Of a stretch of DNA of 64,000 nt, positions 18,442 to 26,900 are shown piece by piece. The first letter of the stretch is position 1, and every line of letters starts with the position of its first letter. Under the pieces are notes generated by a model. It was not told the DNA's origin. It did not search any database and was given only the letters and a program-made list of their open reading frames with translations. A program made the position numbers and the translations under genes. The stretch is taken from the IMG/VR virus record IMGVR_UViG_3300011008_000092. One strand, written 5' to 3'. The stretch is from an uncultured virus (IMG/VR IMGVR_UViG_3300011008_000092) (lineage: Duplodnaviria > Heunggongvirae > Uroviricota > Caudoviricetes).

Positions 18442-18993
18442 CTAAAACATGGCAGCTACCTGTTGGCGGAGCTCACGGAGAAACTCATACGCCTCCATAG
18501 GTGACTTATTCTCTAAAGGGAATGACAGTACCCTGCCAAGAATATCTGATATACGAGTGATGCGGGGTGCTGCCTCTGCCACCTCACGCTCTTCACGACG
18601 CTGCTTGTTACCCCTGTTTATTGGAAGTCCTGCTTTCCAATCGTCCACCTGACTGCGGATGGTGTCGAAATCGGATTCCATCACATCGTCCGTCAACTTG
18701 ACGGTAACGTCAAGCTGGGTGTCTGTGATAGCCGTGAACTGAACTTCATCACCATCAGGAATATACTTACCTAGGGAACTGACAGGAAAGCCGACAAACA
18801 CATTCATGTACCCATCTTTCAGCTTCTTGACTGTCGGAGTAGGAACGGAATCGCTCATCGGGAACATGGTCATCAGCCATGCACTCCAATCATAAGCATG
18901 ATAGAAGGTGCCTTCTTTCAGCAGGTGTACCACACCATACTGCTCTTTCGTTTTCCTGTTGTTTTCAAGATTTATTATATCTTCAATCTTCAT
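18442..18993 (-). CDS. DGR accessory protein, MutS domain-I-like (MSL type)
   Basis: VHLLKEGTFYHAYDWSA resembles MutS GxFYE motif; lies between VR and TR, where avd usually sits. Confidence 0.7.
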   Translation of the reverse strand: MKIEDIINLENNRKTKEQYGVVHLLKEGTFYHAYDWSAWLMTMFPMSDSVPTPTVKKLKDGYMNVFVGFPVSSLGKYIPDGDEVQFTAITDTQLDVTVKLTDDVMESDFDTIRSQVDDWKAGLPINRGNKQRREEREVAEAAPRITRISDILGRVLSFPLENKSPMEAYEFLRELRQQVAAMF

Positions 18994-19025
18994 ATATCTA
19001 TTTCTTGTTATCATTCTTTCGGTAC

Positions 19026-19112
19026 GTGCCTTGGGTCGCTTGGGAGCGACTGGAGGCACGACCTACAGAATGAGGGTTTGTTTTGTTCTGTTTGGTTGGG
19101 CGAAAGATGTTA
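19026..19112 (-). promoter_or_regulatory. IMH and target-recognition hairpin of VR1
   Basis: GTCGCT-CCCA-AGCGAC (19035-19050) within outer stem GTGCCT/AGGCAC. Confidence 0.78.
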
Positions 19113-20279
19113 CTGAACCGCCCGACCAGCAAAGCCGTGGAACCGATTGTCGTTGTACTGAGGGTGGACCCCACCACTGTTGAAGTACAAGTACCGACCA
19201 TTCGACGCGGAGTTGAGCGATGACGACCAGTAGTACCCGTGCCCGCCACGGTCGTACCATAACGAGCCACCGCCGTACCCAGAGCAAGGAAAGAAGAGAG
19301 TATTACCATTGAGCTTTGAGCGTATATGCAAGCCCGTAATACCGTTCAGCGTACAGCGTTTATCGGCTGTCGCTGTGTCAATCACATTGCCACTGGCATC
19401 TAAGTACTCGATATTCGCAAACAGCTCTGCATATTCCTCAGTTGTCGGCAACCTCCAAGGTGCACCAAGGTTTGCTCTTGCAAAGTCGAATGACGGGCTC
19501 ATATGACCTGTGAGCTTCGCTCCTGGACTTGACACGTATGGCTCCTGGTCATTGCCACTTCCCCAAAAATAACTTCCAAAGGATGATGCCGATGTCGGGT
19601 TGTGTCCGTCTGTGTTACCCCATGAGAAGAAAGTACACTCATACTGGAACTCAGAGGCTGCAAAACCATTAGCCTGCGTAATGTCGATATTCTTCTTAGC
19701 CCATAGCAAGCCGGATGGCAGTCCCATATCCACCACCAAGTCACTGGGTGCTGCCGACTGCTCCTGTCCCAGCATAGCTACCACATCCCAATGCGTTCCG
19801 TCGTAGAGCAACAGAAGCGTCATGCCAGGACGTACCACTCCTGGCTGCAAAGCGGTGCCGTTAATCACTATGGGTTTCGCTCCCGTGCCACTCACATTCA
19901 ACGTTGCACCTGCCACACTGATAGCTCTGGTGAAGCGGATGGCAACAATGGCGTTCTTCAGCAACAGGAAGTTACTGATAGTTGCCACCTTCGCTGCCGT
20001 TGGTGCCTCTGTGCTGCAGGTGCCGAAGAAATTGCAGCCTCCGATAGTTTTCAGGAGGTTGGCATTGGTTACGAAACCTGCATTGTTGCCACTGTTCACA
20101 CCGATGAGTCTGGTGGCATTCTCTCCAATGTCACTCAGTGCCTCCGTCAGTGCGGAGAAGATCATCTTCTTCACATTTGCTCTGGTGATGTTCTTGAACT
20201 CTCCATTGAGCAAACCTACGAGGTAGTCAAGACTCTGTCCGCTACCATCGTTGTACTCGGTAATTTTTCTGTCTGCCAT
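19110..20279 (-). CDS. DGR target 1: tail-fibre/receptor-binding-like protein with C-terminal CLec/FGE-like domain
   Basis: ATLNVSGTGAKPI...YDGTHW fibre-type domain, then VDMGLPSGLLWA domain ending in VR. Confidence 0.88.
   Translation of the reverse strand: MADRKITEYNDGSGQSLDYLVGLLNGEFKNITRANVKKMIFSALTEALSDIGENATRLIGVNSGNNAGFVTNANLLKTIGGCNFFGTCSTEAPTAAKVATISNFLLLKNAIVAIRFTRAISVAGATLNVSGTGAKPIVINGTALQPGVVRPGMTLLLLYDGTHWDVVAMLGQEQSAAPSDLVVDMGLPSGLLWAKKNIDITQANGFAASEFQYECTFFSWGNTDGHNPTSASSFGSYFWGSGNDQEPYVSSPGAKLTGHMSPSFDFARANLGAPWRLPTTEEYAELFANIEYLDASGNVIDTATADKRCTLNGITGLHIRSKLNGNTLFFPCSGYGGGSLWYDRGGHGYYWSSSLNSASNGRYLYFNSGGVHPQYNDNRFHGFAGRAVQ
19113..19287 (-). repeat. DGR variable region VR1
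   Basis: 175-bp ungapped match to TR with 16 mismatches, all at TR adenines (coding strand). Confidence 0.96.
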
Positions 20280-20282
20280 AAT

Positions 20283-20326
20283 GCAAAAATAAATTGTTAT
20301 ATATTAAACATGATGATAAATTACGC
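20283..20326 (-). promoter_or_regulatory. Late promoter copy 2 (upstream of DGR target 1)
   Basis: GCGTAATTTATCA-N22-TATTTTTG. Confidence 0.75.
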
Positions 20327-20593
20327 TTTCTCTTTGCCAAGAGCCATCAGTGCATCAATAAATACTGGTGTTCCTGCTTCATTCACAAAGTCCATGATAA
20401 GCTTGTATTCCTCGTCGGTATACTCCGTCTCACCTTTGGAGTTCCATATCTTCAAAGCCAAAGCATGGTAGGCGATGCCGTGTCCGCTTTTATACATGCC
20501 TTCCGCCACATCTTTCTTGATGTCTTTCACTACTTGTACGGTGTGTGCAATGTCTGCCCACAGTACAATCTTCTCAAAATCAATTTTTACCAT
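20321..20593 (-). CDS. Small tail-associated protein
   Basis: 90 aa; GIAYHALALKIWNSKGETEY motif; follows large tail protein. Confidence 0.65.
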   Translation of the reverse strand: MVKIDFEKIVLWADIAHTVQVVKDIKKDVAEGMYKSGHGIAYHALALKIWNSKGETEYTDEEYKLIMDFVNEAGTPVFIDALMALGKEKA

Positions 20594-20597
20594 AGTT

Positions 20598-20892
20598 TTA
20601 CTGTTTTATGTAGTTTATAAATGAATAATGCTTTCTGGTGTCCACATAACCTACCTTCATCTGGTTATCGTACGCTTCTCTCTCAAAAGAGATATTCTTG
20701 TAGGCAGTCATCCTGTTACGGTACTGGATGAGCCTCAGCAACCACTCGATACCATACCACAGCAGGAAGAAGAGTTCTATTTCTCCATGTGAGGCATGGA
20801 TTTTGAGTGCGAGTGCGTGAAAATCTATGCCTTGACCGTGGTTATAGAGGTCGTTGGCAATTTTCTTCCTTTTTCTTTTTTTCTTTCTTCAT
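20598..20892 (-). pseudogene. Frameshifted chimeric remnant
   Basis: Reads IANDLYNHGQGIDFHALALKIHASHGEIEL (paralog of 20321-20593) fused to FFLLWYGIEW...AYKNISFEREAY; ATG out of frame by one base across an A7 tract. Confidence 0.55.
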
Positions 20893-20925
20893 AATCAGTT
20901 GTTATATTTAATTGTTGTTGTCCTT

Positions 20926-23900
20926 TTAAGAACCCCAATCCGCGTTCCATATTTTATTAACACTATCATATATTAACCAATGATGCTTATAGCCGCCGAA
21001 TGACACATTCGTATAAAACGAACCGTTTGGGTGACGAATTTTATCTGTTCCGCTTGCGGTGATGTAAACACGCCCGTATGGTATTATAACATATTCTTGA
21101 CCATCTTCTGGTGCGTTTGGTAAAGTGAGAGTAATATTTTCTTTCGTGCAGAACACATTGTTGTCATAAATTGACAAAGTTTGAGAACTGCCAACGCGCC
21201 TTGTCTCTTTTCTGAATCCTGCAATATTTCCTTTTGCTATAAGCAAAGCATGATTGCCGAACGTGGGGTCGTCATCCCAATTCCTTGCACCTTGGACATC
21301 TAAATAAATTCCGAAGTTAACAAGTAAAGGCCATGAAGCATCAGAGTGGCGGTTAACAATTCTCACGTTACCATGATAGTCTCCACTAATTTCTGCTGCT
21401 GGTCCGATAGTAATAGATGATTGTAAAGCAGAAATGGTTGTACTGTTGTTGTATTGCCCTCTTGTTAAAGTAACTCCAGATGGTTTAATGGTTAAACTGT
21501 CAACATGCCCATTATGCCTACTCCCTGCGTCCAATCCGTCACTAAAAGCAAATAAAGACAAATTGTAATCAACTTTAAAACCTCCAATATTCCCCCCTTG
21601 TTTAGCCGTTATAGTACCTGTAAACTCTCCGTCCCTGGCATGAATAACACCAGTAAATTCTCCATCAGTAGCAATAATCTTACCAGTTATCTCTGCATTG
21701 GTGGCAATCAGCTTACCCGCCTGTGTCACCCTGAAAGGAGCCGTGCTAATATCATTCTCGCTGGTAGAGCCTGCCCAGATACGTACACTGTCATCCGAGA
21801 TACCTGTTCCTCGCATTCCAGCCACTACCTTGTCACCCTTCGTCCAGCTGTACAGTGAAGCATAAACATAGGAAGTTCCTGTGAGTGCTGCTACAGGATT
21901 CACGGAAATGGCGTATTTTACACTGTCCTGTCTCCTGACAAGAGAAACAGTATAACTCTTCTGTACGCCTGCAAAGGTACACTTGATAGTAACGGTGGCT
22001 GTGTCGCTGGACATTCCTGTCACTTTGATGACTTTGGCATTGCCGTCGTATCCTGTTGAGTCTAGCGTACATCCTGTACCTGTAATGCTCCATGTGCCAG
22101 CAGCATATGGAACAGAACCTTGTCCGCCATAAATGTATGCCTTGATGACGGAAAGGGTATCACCGATAACTCCATCGGACGATTTCAGAACAGTGTCATA
22201 GTTCTTATCTACTACCAAGGTGAATCCTGATGTCGGTAACGTCGGCACCTCAGCACGACTAATTATAGCACCATTGGGTTCTAGCAGACGGAACACCACA
22301 CTACCAGAGCCAGGTTTGCTGATTCCCTGACCTGAATAATCCTGCCATGAAGTGTTATTGATGTTATACTGCCATGTGTAGCCCGATGGCTTGCTGACAG
22401 TACCACTGCTCTTGGTGGCTCCAGGAGAGGTAATCACAAATTGGTTGCCTGTACCAAATTTGATATAGGCGTTCTTAGCTATCAGCAGACTGGTATACAG
22501 TGGTCCTGCATCACTCAACTCTTCCCATACCGTCGTGCCGTTTACCGTCAACGAGAAGCTGCTGCCACTTGTATGTGTTGAAAGACATCTGTAGAACTTC
22601 CAGCCTGTGGCATTCACATCGTCTGGACGTGCCACTACGTCAATATAGCCGATGGCATGTTGTGAGCCTTGCGAGAAGTCCACTCCGTCATCATTCCTGT
22701 ATTCCGTATTGGCCTTCCATTCCGTCACTCTGGTCACACAGCCTTGCAATCCCTGTGAACCATTAGTGACAACGGCAACGGTCTTGGTATCGACAATATG
22801 ACCAGAGACTTGTGAAACAAGATTAATGACAAGCCGGGTAACATCCGTGCTCAACAATAGCCTGTACGTACCTCCCATCCTCCAAGTTTCACTGACAGTC
22901 CCATCTGAAGAGATCTGAAGGGTTACTTCGTTGAAATCAGTAAGGTGTACAGGAACGTCACTGCCACTTTGTCTATACATATTGACAAGAACATAATTTC
23001 CTTTGACAAACTGGTTATCGGCATTCTTCGTGATGCTGTCTGGATGAACTATCATATAATAGCGGACACTGGCATCACCTTTGGCTCCCTTCACGCTGCT
23101 GATGTGGTAGTATATCTTCTCACCACCTCCTGCCATCCTGACTACTTCCTTGTTCCATTGGTACGGCTTGGCATCCGTCGGCACAACAATCTCTGTAGTC
23201 CAATTGAGAATGTCACTTGGGTATTCTCTGCCGATCTCTGGCTCTGACTTGGCAGAAATCTGATAGTAGTTCTGAAGGTCGGCAATACCGTCTGAGAAAT
23301 TGCCAATACAATGCGGATAAGAAAAGCTCTGTGTACCGTCTGAGAAGTTGGTTAACTCAAAGTTCCATAGATATGGATACTCGGCATTAGTGGCTTCTCT
23401 GGGTCTGTCTTTACTCCAAACTGCCTCATCGAAATACACTTTACCGCTATCTTGCAGCACTGGTACGGATGGAGGTGCTGATGGATTGTCTGTCGTACCT
23501 CTTGCATAGTACTCGTCAACAGACAGGACGCTTCTTATATGTGGCATTTCTGGCTGTTTGAGTCCTTCTAAGAAGTAGTCGTAATAACTGCTGTTGATAG
23601 CCTCATCAATAATAACATAGCCTCCTTCTCCATTAAGTACCCTGTTGCCTGCTCCATCCTTCAGAAGTGTCATCACTGGTGGTACGTCGGTATTGTCCTT
23701 CTTACAGATGTATAGATTGCCTGCCATCTCATATACGTCGTTCACGCTGGCTACTACTCCTGTATGCCAGTGTCCTCTATAGGCAAAACTATCACCTGGG
23801 TCTCCCTTCTCACCGTATATCCTCGTAATGACCCATGAACCTTCATACTGTCCGTTTCTTACCTTTCTTTCGGCTCGCCATATCATCAGTCCGGCTGTCG

Positions 23901-26900
23901 AGAAATTAGGCGACGACGGGTCATACCAGCCTTCGCTTTCATGATTGCTGAATGGGGTATTTCCTGTTGGGACATTAGGCTGAGTGTTGGATGGACTAAA
24001 CTCTAAATCTAAGGTGGATGTGTCACTCTGAGCTGCTGGCACACTCCAACCGCTGCTTCCTCCACCTCCATAGAATGTACATGAGGATGACCATAGAATT
24101 TCTGCTCCTGCTGGTGCGCCATCGTGCCACCCATCAGGTACGGGATGGTCATAGTCTCCTCCTGTCGGGGTTGCGGGACGGGCTTGCTGCTGGGTAGGAT
24201 TAAACCTGCAGAAAACGGTGCTCTTGAAATTGCCTCTCGTTCCCTTGCTTCCCTTTACTGCGGAAATATGGTAGTGAACATCACAGGTATCTTCGTTCCA
24301 CTGGCCATTGGTCTTGGTGGAGTCGTTATAGGCTGTGATGACTTTATTCCATTGGTACGGTTTGGCATCCGTCGGGGCTGCATCGTAAACCTCGTCTGTC
24401 CAGTTCAGTGTCTTGACGGTATTGCTCAGTACACTCTCGTTACTGATGGCGTAAAGCTCCAGGATAGCTGCAATACCTCTGGCAAAGTTACCAATACATA
24501 TTGGTTCAGTAATACGCTGGTTCCCTTCTGTGTCGTAACTGATCTCAAAGTTCCACAAATAGGGAGTAGAAGCATTGGGACTGCTGGTTGGACGTGCTTC
24601 ATTCCAAGGTGACTGAGGTACGTATCTTCCACTGCCGTCAACATGATTCCAGCCTCCTGGCGGTGTCTGATTACTGCTGCTCAGTGCATAGTATTCTTCA
24701 GTACCAAGGTATCCTACACCATCCTGACCTATCTTGCCACACATGTAACTTACCTGCGGAATGTCTCCTTTGTCATAGGTAATCACGGTCTTTGACCAAA
24801 CAAAGCTGCCGTGCTCTGGGGTCGGCATGTCGGCATAGTGGTCATACCAGGTTACTCGCCAGTCATCATCTGGCATGACTAGCTGGTCCTTCGTGGTGGC
24901 AAAATACTGATGACTGTCGGCTATACCATTGCCGTCTATGCCTGTACGCCTGACGGCATATACTTCCACTTTGTCACCATCGCTATATACAGTCACTGCC
25001 CTACTCCATACATACACGCCATCTTCCACTGTCGGTTCTGTCTTACTCCAACCTGTCGTGGGTCTGGTCTGCCCATTCTCACCAATGGCATACTCCACAT
25101 ATTTGTCTATGATAGTAATCGGTGCTCTGAGCCAAAGCGTGTAATAATCGGTGTTGGTAGCCTCATCAACAATAACATAACCTCCAGTGCCGTTCAGTAC
25201 TCTTCGGCCTGCTCCGTCGAGAAGGAGCGACATCACGGGAGGAACATCTTCGTTGGCCTGAGTGGTCAGATAGAGTGCGTCTCCAAAGATGAAAACATCA
25301 CCTACCTTTGCCACTGTGCCTGTCACCCATTGACCTCGGCTGCGGAAGCCGTCACCCTTGTCTCCTTTCTCTCCTTTCTCTCCCCAGATACGTGTTATTA
25401 CCCAGTTTCCCCATACTCCGTTCACACAGTTACGTTCTGCTCGCCACTGCATTCTGGTCCAGTTGGCATGGCTGTTATTGGCATCCTTGATAGTGTCATA
25501 CCATAAAGCTTCATTGCCACTGCCATTGGCTGTATTGCTATCAGTTGGAGCTACTGGTTCCGTATCGCTCATCGAGAATCTGACATTGTAGGTGGCTGTA
25601 TCACTCTGCTGACGTGGCGTTGACCATCCTGCCTGCTGTGGTGACAGTCCGTCACTGGTGAAGATTCTAGTCGATGCCCATATAATCTGACCTTCTGGAG
25701 TGGCTGGAATGCCGTCCGTCCATCCTGAGGTCTCAGGAATCGGGCTATTATAGCTTCCTCCTGACGGAGTGGCTGGTGCAGTATTGCTGCGCTTGAACAC
25801 GGTGCTCTTGAAGGTGCTCTGTCCTTTGTCGCCTTTCTCGCCTTTGATACGGCTGATTACCCAGTTTCCCCATACTCCGTTTTTACAGGTACGCTCTGCT
25901 CGCCAGTTCATCTGCGTCCATACAGCATGTGGGTTGCTGGCATCCTTGTCAGGGTCATACCACAGAGCTTCTTGACCGTTGCCATCTGCCGTATTGTCGT
26001 TGTTGGGTGCTGCTGGCTGCGTCTCACTCATCGAAAACTCCACTTCATAGGTGGCGGTATCACTCTGCTGTTGCGGAGCTGACCACACTGCCTGCTGCGG
26101 AGACAGTCCGTCACTGGTGAATATTCTGGTCGATGCCCATATCTTGTGACCGGCAGGAGTTGCTGGAATACCGTCTGCCCATCCTTCTGTGGTGGGACGT
26201 GGACTGTCAAAGTTTCCTCCTTCTGGGGTGGCAGGTGTACTGTTGCTGCGAATGAATACGGTACTCTTATAAATGCTCTGACCTCTCTCACCTGTCAGTC
26301 TTACATATTTGGCTGCTCCTGTCGGTGTTCCGTCATGGTCTACAGGAGTCATCTTCATCCAAAGATACGGGAACTCGGCTGTCACAGCCTGTGGCTGGTC
26401 TGTCCATCCTGCAGGGCTGACATTGGTAGGTGCGGTAGTGCTGCTGGCACTGACCTTGCTCTTGGAAATAGCGAAGTCATAGCGCATACTGCCTCCGTCC
26501 TCACCGACAATCTTAATGGCTGCTCCCCATTGGCTGTCTCCTTCTTGTTTTGTGTGCATCCACATATCTCCGTCTTGATAAGTGGAATGCCAGGTAATAC
26601 CATCTGCGGAATATTCTGCTAACAGAGTCTTGGCATTGAGTCCGTCAAAGACTCTTGGGATGTCCTCCACATCTTCTATCGTACCATCGGAACTGTAGAG
26701 TGTCAGTATAAGGTGGTCTCCTATGAAGGAATTGTCACCAACAGTTATCACGCTGCCATGATAAGCATTGATGTTACTCTGCCCATTGACAGAATAGCGG
26801 ATATATCCCAAACCACTCTGTTCTGTAATCTCCTGAACGCTCCCTGTCGCTCCCTTCTTGATATAGGCTCTCACCTGCAGGCTCATCGGAGAATATCGCT

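Larger units (their letters stand above)
16823..20279 (-). mobile_element. Diversity-generating retroelement cassette (target/VR - accessory - TR - RT)
   Basis: RT, TR/VR pair with adenine-only mismatches, and an accessory gene. Confidence 0.96.

Noticed and set aside
18442..18993. Labelling the accessory gene avd
   Set aside because: Sequence looks MutS-domain-I-like, not a four-helix bundle
20868..20892. Programmed -1 frameshift at A AAA AAG
   Set aside because: Restoring the downstream frame needs a +1 shift, not -1
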